Origin: Minisyncoccota bacterium
GTDB taxonomy: Bacteria > Patescibacteriota > Minisyncoccia > Phycocordibacterales > GWA1-40-21
Reading direction: 5' to 3'
Assembly: GCA_041664585.1 (NCBI GenBank)
Contig: JBAYKL010000002.1
Span: 88,328-152,327 of the forward strand
DNA length: 64,000 nt
This document shows, one piece after another, positions 1 to 8,690 of the stretch. Position 1 is the first letter of the stretch; every line of letters starts with the position of its first letter. The notes under the pieces were generated by a model. That model saw only the letters and a program-made list of their open reading frames with translations. It made no database searches and had not been told where the DNA came from. Position numbers and translations under genes: made by a program.

Positions 1-1
1 T

Positions 2-394
2 AACACATTAAATTGGTATTCGAATTTAATTAAACCATCTTGGGCACCTCCAGCGTTTTTATTTGGACCAGTCTGGACTTTTTTATATATTCTAATAGTA
101 ATATCTTTTGGCAAAGTTTTTATCTTAGCTTTTCAGAAAAAAATTGGGTTATTAATTGTTTTACCTTTCATACTTAATCTAATCTTTAATCTTATTTTCT
201 CTCCGATACAATTTGGACTACAAAACAATATCCTCGCAGCTGTCGATATAGTGCTCGTTCTCATCACACTTATTTGGGCAATGATTGCCATATTTCCTGT
301 AGTCCCTTGGATTTCTTATATACAAATCCCCTATTTACTTTGGGTTTCTTTTGCAACCGTCTTACAGTTAACTGTTACTTACTTAAATTTATAA
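2..394 (+). CDS. tspO: TspO/MBR family tryptophan-rich sensory protein (5' end outside window)
   Basis: Manual translation from base 2: NTLNWYSNLIKPSWAPPAFLFGPVWTFLY...PYLLWVSFATVL, with TAA at 392-394. WY..L.KP.W.PP...FGPVW is the TspO signature. Missing from the ORF track. Confidence 0.9.
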   Translation, partial: NTLNWYSNLIKPSWAPPAFLFGPVWTFLYILIVISFGKVFILAFQKKIGLLIVLPFILNLIFNLIFSPIQFGLQNNILAAVDIVLVLITLIWAMIAIFPVVPWISYIQIPYLLWVSFATVLQLTVTYLNL

Positions 395-397
395 AAT

Positions 398-424
398 AAA
401 AAAACCGCTATACAGCGGTTTTTT
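398..424. terminator. Bidirectional intrinsic terminator between convergent tspO and SPFH genes
   Basis: AAAAAACCGCT-ATAC-AGCGGTTTTTT hairpin with A/T tails. Confidence 0.8.
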
Positions 425-427
425 ATT

Positions 428-1165
428 TTATTTCTTACCAAAACCTTCTAAAGCTTTTAGTGCTTCTATAGGGACCATATACACCACCGTATTGCTTTGG
501 TCTGAAGACATATCATTTATCGACTGAAGAGTTCTTAAATGAAGCGCTCCTGGTGTAGCAGCGAGCATCTCTGCTGCTTTTGCAATATTTTGTGATGCTG
601 CTAATTCTCCTTCTGAGTTTATAATAACGGCTCTCTTCTCTCTTTCTGCTTCCGCTTGTTTACCAATAGTTCTTTCCATTTCAGCGGGTAAGCTTACATC
701 CTTAAGCTCAACATTTTGAACTTTCAATCCCCAAGCGTCTGTTTCTTTATCTACAATCTCTCTTATTCTATCTGCTATCTTATCTCTACTTGAAAGTAAT
801 TCATCTAAGGTAACCTCTCCAACAATATTTCTCATTGTTGTTTGAGCATATTGTGATATAGCGTACCTAAAATCTTCTACCTCTATGATAGCTTTGTTTG
901 CATCACTAACCTTATAGTAAATAACGGCGTTAACCCTAACAGTAACATTATCTCTTGTGATAGCGTTCTGATCAGGAACATCCACAGCCTTTGTTCTTAC
1001 ATCGACCCTTTGAAAATTTTGAAAGATAGGCCAAACAATTCTCCAACCTGGTTGCATGATAGAGGTAAATTTACCTAAAGTAAATTTAACCCCTCTTTCA
1101 TATTGGTTAATTTGTCTGATACTAGAAATTACCAGAATCACTACTAAAACAAAAACTGTATACAT
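428..1165 (-). CDS. SPFH/band 7 (stomatin/slipin) family membrane protein
   Basis: N-terminal TM helix; QYERGVKFTLG, VDVR, ITRDNVTV, AQTTMR, WGLKV and QAEAEREKRA stomatin motifs. Confidence 0.92.
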   Translation of the reverse strand: MYTVFVLVVILVISSIRQINQYERGVKFTLGKFTSIMQPGWRIVWPIFQNFQRVDVRTKAVDVPDQNAITRDNVTVRVNAVIYYKVSDANKAIIEVEDFRYAISQYAQTTMRNIVGEVTLDELLSSRDKIADRIREIVDKETDAWGLKVQNVELKDVSLPAEMERTIGKQAEAEREKRAVIINSEGELAASQNIAKAAEMLAATPGALHLRTLQSINDMSSDQSNTVVYMVPIEALKALEGFGKK

Positions 1166-1255
1166 AATAAAAATTAATTAACTATTAATATAACCATTAT
1201 AACGCATAATTATTATATTAAAAACTAAATAATCTTTATGATATAATTCATGTAA

Positions 1256-1744
1256 ATGAGGGAGGAATTGAAAAAAGATCATTATTTTGGGCTGATATTC
1301 AAGCTAGGAATGTACTGGCGTATTATATACGCCATATTCAAATTTGTTTTTGGGATAATTTTATTAAAATTTATAAATAGTAATTTTACAGACCTCTTCT
1401 ACCAAGTAATGGGGCATGAAATTATAGAAGACAAGAATGATATTTTTATAAAGGCTATCAAATCGATTTTTGATAATCACACATTTTACGTAACATATTT
1501 TGTGTCTATTTATTTCATATTCTGGGGATTCGTAGACGCTTTTCTTTCATTTAATCTACTAAAACTAAAGTTGTGGTCATATCCAGTATCTTTAACACTC
1601 ATTACAATCTTTACTTTATATGAGATATATAGGTTTACCCATACCCATTCTGTGGTCTTATTATCTATAATCCTCATAGACATATTTTTAATTTGGATTA
1701 TATTTAAAGAGTACAAGAAATTAAAAATAATTAAAAATATATGA
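1256..1744 (+). CDS. DUF2127-like membrane protein
   Basis: Four hydrophobic segments; HEIIED, LW.YP and YEIYRF.HTHS pattern. Confidence 0.65.
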   Translation: MREELKKDHYFGLIFKLGMYWRIIYAIFKFVFGIILLKFINSNFTDLFYQVMGHEIIEDKNDIFIKAIKSIFDNHTFYVTYFVSIYFIFWGFVDAFLSFNLLKLKLWSYPVSLTLITIFTLYEIYRFTHTHSVVLLSIILIDIFLIWIIFKEYKKLKIIKNI

Positions 1745-2097
1745 AAAAAACTATAATATGGACAGTGATCGTTGTGTTGGTCGGTGGAGTAATTTTATTT
1801 TCGTTTATAAAAAAAGACCAAACTCCAATAGTGATTAATAGCTCTTCAACACAGGCAGCAACTACGGGAAATGCGTCTTACACTATATCAGACATATCCC
1901 AACACAATACGCAATCAAGCTGCTGGACTGCGATTGATGGAAAAGTCTATGACATAACAAAACTCATCTCTTCTCATCCAGCCGGGGTTAATAAAATAAT
2001 GAAAGGATGCGGAATAGACGCAACAAATATTTTCAATAACGTTGGTGCCCACAATATCTCAAAAGTATCAAAATCTTTCGTCGGTGTATTAAAATAA
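1741..2097 (+). CDS. Membrane-anchored cytochrome b5-like heme/steroid-binding domain protein
   Basis: HNTQSSCWTAIDGKVYDIT, HPAG (variant of HPGG), GCGIDAT, second His in GAHN; ATGA overlap with the upstream gene. Confidence 0.88.
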   Translation: MKKTIIWTVIVVLVGGVILFSFIKKDQTPIVINSSSTQAATTGNASYTISDISQHNTQSSCWTAIDGKVYDITKLISSHPAGVNKIMKGCGIDATNIFNNVGAHNISKVSKSFVGVLK

Positions 2098-2101
2098 ATA
2101 A

Positions 2102-3385
2102 ATGAAAAAAGTATTTTTGAACTCAATTCTGGTTATTAACCTCTGCCTTATTCTATATTTTTGGTCTACAAATTCTAACTATTTAATAACAGGAAATGAT
2201 CCTGGGGGCTTTTTAATTGCTCTGGGTAGGCTTGCAGGGCTTCTTACAGAATTACTGATCATCACCCAACTATTCTTGATCAGTCGTTTTTCTTTTATAG
2301 AAAAAGAGTATGGTTTTGATAAGCTGGTAGGAATACATAAAAAAGTTGGAATGTTTATTGGGGTATTCATAATAAGTCATCCGTTACTTCTTACAATCGG
2401 CTATGCCAAAATAAATAATGTAAGTTTCATAAAACAATTTATAAACTTCCAAACAAACTGGGAAGAAGTTTTTAGTGCAACCATTGCAGCAATAATTATT
2501 ATTTTGATTGCAATCATTTCTATTAAAAAGATTAGAAATAAGATTCCATACGAAGTATGGTATTTATCTCACCTACCTATATACTTCGCTATAGCTATAG
2601 CTTTTGAACACCAAATACAGACTGGAGATATGTCTCAAGGTGGCGCGATGTTCTACTGGTATTTAATAAACCTTTTGACCATAAGCATACTTATTTCCTA
2701 TAGATTTATAAAGCCACTTTATTTATTTCTTAACCATCAATTTGTTGTGGAAAAAATAATAAAAGAAAATCATAATGTCTATTCTATATATCTAACTGGT
2801 AGAAATATGAAAAAATATAAATTCCAAAGTGGACAATATGCAACTTTAATTTTTATGCAAAAAAACATGTGGTTCCACCATCCATTTTCTTTCTCTGACA
2901 CAAAAAACGGAAGAAATTTACGTTTTTCAATTAAATCTTCTGGAGATTTTACTTCCAAGATAGAAAAAATTAACGTTGGTACTCGTGTTTGGATGGACGG
3001 GCCATTGGGTACGTTTACTTTAGATAAATCTGTTAAAAAAAAGTTTCTATTTATTGCTGGTGGTATTGGTATTACTCCCATTTTATCGATATTAAAATCA
3101 ATTCCTAATAACAAAGACTCTATTTTAATGTACTCAAACAAAACACAATCTGACATAATATTTCATGAAGAAATTAATAGAAATGTTCTAAAAACCTATT
3201 ACTTTAATACGAATGAAACTGGTGAAAGAATAAATATAGGGAAAATAAAAGAGATATGTCCCGATTACAAGGATAGAGATATCTATATATGCGGACCAGT
3301 ACAGATGAAAGATTCTATAGTAAAAGAGCTAAGAAGCAACAATCTGACAGCTAAACAAATTCATTTCGAAAAATTTGACTACTAA
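2102..3385 (+). CDS. Ferric reductase-like transmembrane domain fused to FAD/NAD(P)-binding (FNR-like) domain
   Basis: TM His pairs (IHKK..SHPL, SHL..EHQ); HPFS, GDFT, DGPLG, IAGGIGITP, YICGP, HFEKF. Confidence 0.88.
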   Translation: MKKVFLNSILVINLCLILYFWSTNSNYLITGNDPGGFLIALGRLAGLLTELLIITQLFLISRFSFIEKEYGFDKLVGIHKKVGMFIGVFIISHPLLLTIGYAKINNVSFIKQFINFQTNWEEVFSATIAAIIIILIAIISIKKIRNKIPYEVWYLSHLPIYFAIAIAFEHQIQTGDMSQGGAMFYWYLINLLTISILISYRFIKPLYLFLNHQFVVEKIIKENHNVYSIYLTGRNMKKYKFQSGQYATLIFMQKNMWFHHPFSFSDTKNGRNLRFSIKSSGDFTSKIEKINVGTRVWMDGPLGTFTLDKSVKKKFLFIAGGIGITPILSILKSIPNNKDSILMYSNKTQSDIIFHEEINRNVLKTYYFNTNETGERINIGKIKEICPDYKDRDIYICGPVQMKDSIVKELRSNNLTAKQIHFEKFDY

Positions 3386-3415
3386 AAAAGCCCCCGTATT
3401 ATCGGAGGCTTTTTT
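3384..3415. terminator. Intrinsic terminator between convergent genes
   Basis: AAAAAAGCCCCCG...CGGAGGCTTTTTT hairpin. Confidence 0.7.
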
Positions 3416-3427
3416 ACTTCATCAATC

Positions 3428-3649
3428 CTACAAACTCTGTATGTCTTTATTTACATTATTAAACTCATTATCTAGATTACCAAAATTAATGGCGTCTAAA
3501 TCATTTTTTACGTCTGTTACCGCATCTATATATACTGGCTGCTGTTTAACTACAGCTTTCTTTTCTGGTGAATTCATTAATGTAATTGCTGCGACAACAA
3601 CTAACAAAACTATAATGATTGAGACAATAATAATTATATTTTTTTTCAT
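3428..3649 (-). CDS. Small hypothetical single-pass membrane protein
   Basis: ATG start, N-terminal hydrophobic helix, 12 nt downstream of 3662..4534. Confidence 0.6.
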   Translation of the reverse strand: MKKNIIIIVSIIIVLLVVVAAITLMNSPEKKAVVKQQPVYIDAVTDVKNDLDAINFGNLDNEFNNVNKDIQSL

Positions 3650-3661
3650 ATATTTATATTA

Positions 3662-4534
3662 TTAATTAGTAGATGATTCCGTAGATGTAGCAACTTGTAA
3701 AACTTTTATATTTTCTGCTCCTGGGATATCTCCAAATATTTCCGCTACCTCTTTTATAGATTCGTGAGCTGCCTTTGCAAGATCTCTAACTTCACCCAAA
3801 TCCTTTTCCAAAAGCTGTTTTGTTATACCAGTATCACTCTTTAATGTCTCTTCTGTTTTAACAGCAATCGTATATACCTTAGCGGTCTGCGCAACAATTG
3901 CCTCTCTTGCTTTAGTGAGGGCTGCGTTTGCTTTAGTGATCGCTTCTTTAAGTAAAGCGACCTCTCCATTCTGGAGGGCAATCACATCGGCCCTTGAAGA
4001 AATCTTTTGTAAAATTACTTCTTCTTTTGTCAAAATATTTGTAAGATTTGCGAGAACCTTTGAATTGATTTGTTGAAATTGATCCCCAACTTTAATGGCA
4101 ATCTGTTGTTTCTTTTCATCTTTTACAACCTTTAACTTTTCTGAAAGCTCAACTCTCTTTTTAGCTATAAGGTCTTTTACTTCTGCTTTTTTATCTGAGA
4201 CCTCTTTTCTAAATTCTTCTCTATTCTTTTCTATTTCTTTCTTGGCTTCATCTCTCTTTTGTACAAACTCTTTTCTGGATTCTTCGGTTTTCCTTTTTAA
4301 TTCATCCTGTTGTATTTTTCTATCAGCAGTGGAACTGGATCTGATATTTTTAATATCATCACGAACTTCATTTTTAATAAGCCCTCTAGTAGTAGAAGCA
4401 ATAGTTTTGACATCTTTTATTTCTTGTCTGATGGGAAAATTCTTTTTAACAGCTGCGTCTTCAGCAAGAGTAACTGTTGCCACAAGAGCAAAACAAGCTA
4501 TTACTCCTCCTAATAAAATTAGATCTCTTTTCAT
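3662..4534 (-). CDS. Secreted coiled-coil hypothetical protein
   Basis: Signal peptide (..TLA/ED) followed by a K/E/R-rich heptad region; 290 aa. Confidence 0.7.
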   Translation of the reverse strand: MKRDLILLGGVIACFALVATVTLAEDAAVKKNFPIRQEIKDVKTIASTTRGLIKNEVRDDIKNIRSSSTADRKIQQDELKRKTEESRKEFVQKRDEAKKEIEKNREEFRKEVSDKKAEVKDLIAKKRVELSEKLKVVKDEKKQQIAIKVGDQFQQINSKVLANLTNILTKEEVILQKISSRADVIALQNGEVALLKEAITKANAALTKAREAIVAQTAKVYTIAVKTEETLKSDTGITKQLLEKDLGEVRDLAKAAHESIKEVAEIFGDIPGAENIKVLQVATSTESSTN

Positions 4535-4710
4535 TTTTTTAAATTTAAAACTTATAAAACTGACCTTGTTAATGTAATTATATCACATATATTTTACGAA
4601 AAAAGAATATTTTTGTTTATAACAAAAAAACTATCTTTTTACTGTATATAATAAGAGATTTTTAATATGACATATAAATTATACATAAAATAAAGACCCA
4701 TGTAAACAAA

Positions 4711-4738
4711 TTGACTTTAAAAAAATACAAATTATACT
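4711..4738 (+). promoter_or_regulatory. Sigma70-type promoter of ppdK
   Basis: TTGACT-16nt-TATACT, about 170 nt upstream of ATG 4913. Confidence 0.55.
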
Positions 4739-4912
4739 TATATTCATAAGGTTAGTTTGCACAAAATTTGTTTTCAGAAGTTAAGAAAAATTCGCTTCTA
4801 TAAATAAAGAAAAAGAATTATTCTTAATCATTTGGAAACAAGTTTTAAAACACCCGGGGTCGGATGTTTTTTAATGTGTTTTTGGGATTTATTATTAGTT
4901 TTAATATTTTTT

Positions 4913-7615
4913 ATGAGTACAACAAATAAAAAGGGGGTGGCTGGTAAAAAACCAGCTGCAAAAAAACAAAAGTATGTTTATGCTTTTGAAGAAGGAAATA
5001 AGAGCATGAAAGAAATACTCGGAGGTAAGGGTGCAAACCTAGCAGAAATGATGGGTTTGGGAATAAATGTCCCTCCTGGTTTTACTGTCACTACAGAATC
5101 TTGTAGACTTTACTATGAAGAAGGCAAGAAAATAAATGACGAAGTAAAAAAGCAAATAGACGCAAATCTTATTAGTCTAGAAAAGAAAATGGGAAAGAAG
5201 CTTGGAGATGCAAACGATCCCCTTCTTGTTTCTGTTCGTTCTGGAGCAGCAGCATCTATGCCTGGTATGATGGACACCATCTTAAACCTTGGTTTAAATG
5301 ATAAATCTGTTTTGGGTCTTGCAGAAAAAACAGGTAATGCTCGTTTCGCTTGGGATTCTTACAGAAGGCTCATTCAAATGTTTGGAAGTGTTGTTATGGA
5401 AGTTGAGCATTCAGACTTTGAACACATCTTGGAATCTGTAAAGGATACAAAAGGTGCAAAAATAGATACAGACCTTACAGCAGAAGACCTAGAAGAAATT
5501 GTTACAAAATACAAGAACAAAATTAAAGAAGTAAAAGGTATTGGCTTCCCTCAAGATCCTATAAAACAAATGTATATGGCGATAAATGCTGTATTTAATT
5601 CTTGGAACAATTACAGAGCTATCAGATATAGAGAAATAAATAGCATCAAGGGTCTTATTGGTACTGGAATAAATATACAAGCGATGGTATTCGGAAATCT
5701 TGGAGAAGATTCTGGAACTGGTGTTTGCTTCACAAGAAATCCTTCCACTGGAGAAGCAAAATTCTATGGTGAATATCTTATGAACGCACAAGGAGAAGAT
5801 GTTGTTGCTGGTATTAGAACCCCATTATCTGTCTCTACCCTATCAAAGCAAAACCCAAAGATATATAAGGAGCTTGTAACTGTTTGTAACAAAGTTGAAA
5901 AACATTACAAAGATATGCAAGATATGGAATTTACAATTGAAAAAGGTAAGCTCTATATTCTACAAGCAAGAAATGGTAAAAGAACAGCTGCTGCTTCCGT
6001 AAGAATCGCAGTTGATATGGTGAAAGAAAAACTCATCACTCTTGATGCAGCAATTCTCAGAATTGATCCAAATCAATTAAACCAACTTCTACACAAACAA
6101 CTCGATCCTATAGCAAGAGACAGAGCAGAAGTTATCGCTCAAGGTCTTCCTGCATCTCCTGGTGCCGCTGTTGGAGAAATTGTATTTACAGCATCAGAAG
6201 CTTTTGAAAAAGCTAAATCTGGTCTAGACGTAATACTTGTTCGTACAGAAACATCACCAGAAGATATCGATGGTATGCACTCAGCAAAGGGTATTCTTAC
6301 AGCCAGAGGAGGTATGACATCTCACGCTGCTGTTGTTGCTCGTGGTATGGGCACTTGTTGTGTCGCTGGATGTTCAGATTTAATCATAGATGAAAAAGCA
6401 AAAACACTTACAATAAAGAGCAAAAGCCTCACAATAAAAGGAGGAGAATTTATCTCTTTAGACGGTTCAACAGGAAAAGTTTATGCTGGTAAATTAGGAA
6501 CTCAAGATCCTTCGCTTTCAGGAAACTTCGGCACTCTTATGACTTGGGCTGATAAATTTAGAAAGTTAAGTATCAGAACAAACGCAGACACTCCACATGA
6601 TGCAGACGTTGCTAGAAAATTCGGCGCAGAAGGTATTGGTCTATGTAGAACAGAACACATGTTCTTCGAAGGAGAAAGAATTAAAGCGATTAGAGAAATG
6701 ATTCTTTCATCCGATCTAGAAAGCAGGAAGAAAGCTCTAGCAAAAATTGCTCCATATCAAAAAGGAGATTTCGCAGGATTATTCAGAGCTATGGATGGAT
6801 ATTCTGTAACAATCAGACTTCTAGATGCTCCTCTTCATGAATTCTTACCAAAAGAAAAGAAAGATATTGAAGAGATTTCAAAAGAGATGAATGTTGATGT
6901 AAAAACTCTAAATGCAAAAATAGAAGATTTACACGAATTCAACCCAATGCTTGGACACAGAGGTTGTAGACTTGCTATCACTTACCCTGAAATTTACGAC
7001 ATGCAAGCAACAGCAATTATTGATGCTGCAATAGAATGTGTAAAAGGAGTCGGTGGTAAAAAAGTAAAATCTGTTAAACCAGAAATTATGATCCCTATTG
7101 TTGCAACAACAAAAGAATATACTATTTTGAAAGATAGAATAGTAAATATTGTTGAGGCAAAAATAAAAGCTGCAAAAGTAAAAATAGATTACAAAGTTGG
7201 TACGATGATTGAAGTTCCGAGAGCCGCTCTTATAGCTGATAAGCTTGTAGAAGCTGGTGCAGAATTCTTCTCATTTGGTACAAATGATCTTACACAAATG
7301 GGTGCTGGACTTTCAAGAGATGACGCCGGTAAGTTCCTCAAGGAATACGTCGCTCAAGATATCTTCGCTTATGACCCATTCGAAGTATTAGATCAGGAAG
7401 GTATTGGTGAACTTATAAGAATTGCTGTTAAGAAAGGAAGAGGCGTTAAGAAAGATTTGAAGATTGGTATTTGTGGAGAACACGGCGGAGAACCAAAAAC
7501 CGTCGAATTCTGTCACAGAGAAGGCCTCACGTACGTATCTTGCTCACCTTTCAGAGTTCCGATTGCAAGACTTGCCGCAGCACAAGCTGTTGTAAGAGAA
7601 AAATCAAAGAAATAG
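4913..7615 (+). CDS. ppdK: Pyruvate, phosphate dikinase
   Basis: LGGKGANLAEM, SVRSGA, GGMTSHAAVVARG (phospho-His), GLCRTEHMF, FSFGTNDLTQ, GICGEHGG. ATG 4913 (MSTTNKK) preferred over TTG 4832. Confidence 0.97.
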   Translation: MSTTNKKGVAGKKPAAKKQKYVYAFEEGNKSMKEILGGKGANLAEMMGLGINVPPGFTVTTESCRLYYEEGKKINDEVKKQIDANLISLEKKMGKKLGDANDPLLVSVRSGAAASMPGMMDTILNLGLNDKSVLGLAEKTGNARFAWDSYRRLIQMFGSVVMEVEHSDFEHILESVKDTKGAKIDTDLTAEDLEEIVTKYKNKIKEVKGIGFPQDPIKQMYMAINAVFNSWNNYRAIRYREINSIKGLIGTGINIQAMVFGNLGEDSGTGVCFTRNPSTGEAKFYGEYLMNAQGEDVVAGIRTPLSVSTLSKQNPKIYKELVTVCNKVEKHYKDMQDMEFTIEKGKLYILQARNGKRTAAASVRIAVDMVKEKLITLDAAILRIDPNQLNQLLHKQLDPIARDRAEVIAQGLPASPGAAVGEIVFTASEAFEKAKSGLDVILVRTETSPEDIDGMHSAKGILTARGGMTSHAAVVARGMGTCCVAGCSDLIIDEKAKTLTIKSKSLTIKGGEFISLDGSTGKVYAGKLGTQDPSLSGNFGTLMTWADKFRKLSIRTNADTPHDADVARKFGAEGIGLCRTEHMFFEGERIKAIREMILSSDLESRKKALAKIAPYQKGDFAGLFRAMDGYSVTIRLLDAPLHEFLPKEKKDIEEISKEMNVDVKTLNAKIEDLHEFNPMLGHRGCRLAITYPEIYDMQATAIIDAAIECVKGVGGKKVKSVKPEIMIPIVATTKEYTILKDRIVNIVEAKIKAAKVKIDYKVGTMIEVPRAALIADKLVEAGAEFFSFGTNDLTQMGAGLSRDDAGKFLKEYVAQDIFAYDPFEVLDQEGIGELIRIAVKKGRGVKKDLKIGICGEHGGEPKTVEFCHREGLTYVSCSPFRVPIARLAAAQAVVREKSKK

Positions 7616-7624
7616 TCAGACATT

Positions 7625-7654
7625 AAAAAACTGCCCAAATTTGGGCAGTTTTTT
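7625..7654 (+). terminator. ppdK terminator
   Basis: Perfect palindrome AAAAAACTGCCCAAATTTGGGCAGTTTTTT. Confidence 0.85.
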
Positions 7655-7671
7655 GATTATTTAATCACATA

Positions 7672-7700
7672 TTGACAAAAAGACGACAAAGAGTTAGTAT
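7672..7700 (+). promoter_or_regulatory. Sigma70 promoter of candidate ncRNA
   Basis: TTGACA-17nt-TAGTAT; predicted TSS near 7706. Confidence 0.65.
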
Positions 7701-7705
7701 TATAA

Positions 7706-7890
7706 GTGGAGCTGTGATATTTCTGTTCTGTGGGATCAGGTCCTTAGTCTCCACCGGCAAAACCTACCGGTTGAAACCCTCGTTACCTGTCCTCTGTACG
7801 GAGAACCTGCGGACAAGATATCACAGCTCCACCCACTTTGTTCTTTTGTCGGACTTTCACCCGTTGCTACTTACTGCAGCGGGTTTTTTA
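7706..7890 (+). ncRNA. Candidate structured ncRNA of unknown family
   Basis: GC-rich island; perfect 15-bp stem 7706-7720/7818-7832 extended by G-U pairs; inner helices; own promoter and terminator (7859-7890). Confidence 0.6.
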
Positions 7891-7941
7891 TTTCCCAAAA
7901 AGAGTTATAATTAACCCGTTATTAGTTAATATCATAAAATT

Positions 7942-8220
7942 ATGGGATTATTTTGGACAGATGCAAAACCAAGGGTTACAGAGATTGAATTTCATAAAGT
8001 AAGAGCGGAACTTGCTGGGGATAATTTTACTGAAAAAGAAAGAGATCGAATCGAAGAAATATTTCGTGCAGATTTATATGAAGAAAAAGAGAAAGATAAA
8101 GGAATAGATGAACAAGAAATAGACAAAGGAGTTGCTTGGATGAGAGAACACGTAAGCGAACATCATATATCACTAGAAAAGATAGATATTCTGGAAAAAA
8201 AGCTAAAAGCTAGACTATAA
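7942..8220 (+). CDS. Hypothetical protein (acidic, helical)
   Basis: 92-aa ATG ORF with host-like codon usage, followed by a terminator. Confidence 0.7.
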   Translation: MGLFWTDAKPRVTEIEFHKVRAELAGDNFTEKERDRIEEIFRADLYEEKEKDKGIDEQEIDKGVAWMREHVSEHHISLEKIDILEKKLKARL

Positions 8221-8265
8221 ATATCACAAAAAGGACCTCTTTATAAGAGGTCCTTTTTGTGATAT
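8221..8265. terminator. 21-bp perfect inverted repeat / terminator
   Basis: ATATCACAAAAAGGACCTCTT-TAT-AAGAGGTCCTTTTTGTGATAT. Confidence 0.75.
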
Positions 8266-8302
8266 GCTCTTTGCGGATAAGTAAACCAGGAAGGAGAATA
8301 AT

Positions 8303-8647
8303 ATGGGTAATGTGGTTGATAATCTGAAGGAAAGATTTGAAAACAGAAAAGTAAAAGCAATTGTCGGAAATTTAGATTTTTTTAGGCTTCTTCAAGAATG
8401 CTTAAATGCAAAGGAAAGTACAGATGAAGAAAAACATCTGAAAAAGATAGCCTACGAAAATCTAAAAAAGACTTGTCTTACTCTGGACCCGAAAGACGTC
8501 CGGGTTTTACTAGCATACATACAAGTACCTAGAAGCCACCCCATTAGCAATATTCTAAAGGAAGCGGTTTCTAGATCGGATCTAACCTACGAAGAATGGT
8601 GTTGGGCAGTTAGTCAGACATTTTTCACAGATGGTCCCAAAAAATAA
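8303..8647 (+). CDS. Orphan hypothetical protein with strong SD
   Basis: AGGAAGGAG at 8288-8296, ATG start, terminator hairpin at 8646-8687. Confidence 0.65.
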   Translation: MGNVVDNLKERFENRKVKAIVGNLDFFRLLQECLNAKESTDEEKHLKKIAYENLKKTCLTLDPKDVRVLLAYIQVPRSHPISNILKEAVSRSDLTYEEWCWAVSQTFFTDGPKK

Positions 8648-8690
8648 AATCCCCTCGCGTTAAAATGCTTGGGGATTTTTCTTTTTTATT

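Noticed and set aside
4845-4885. Hairpin plus T-tract in the ppdK leader (possible attenuator)
   Set aside because: Imperfect stem with no recognisable aptamer or alternative pairing; evidence insufficient.
7734-7760. TCAGGTCC resembling SRP (4.5S) RNA domain IV
   Set aside because: The GNRA tetraloop and AGCAG partner strand are absent.
7672-7914. 80-aa ORF in the ORF track
   Set aside because: Its TTG start is the -35 box, and it runs through a strong RNA structure and a terminator; better explained as an ncRNA.
8265-8272. boxA-like TGCTCTTT (similar GTTCTTT near 7840 and 45320)
   Set aside because: It overlaps the predicted -10 box here and lacks the full boxA consensus; too few and too short instances to support.
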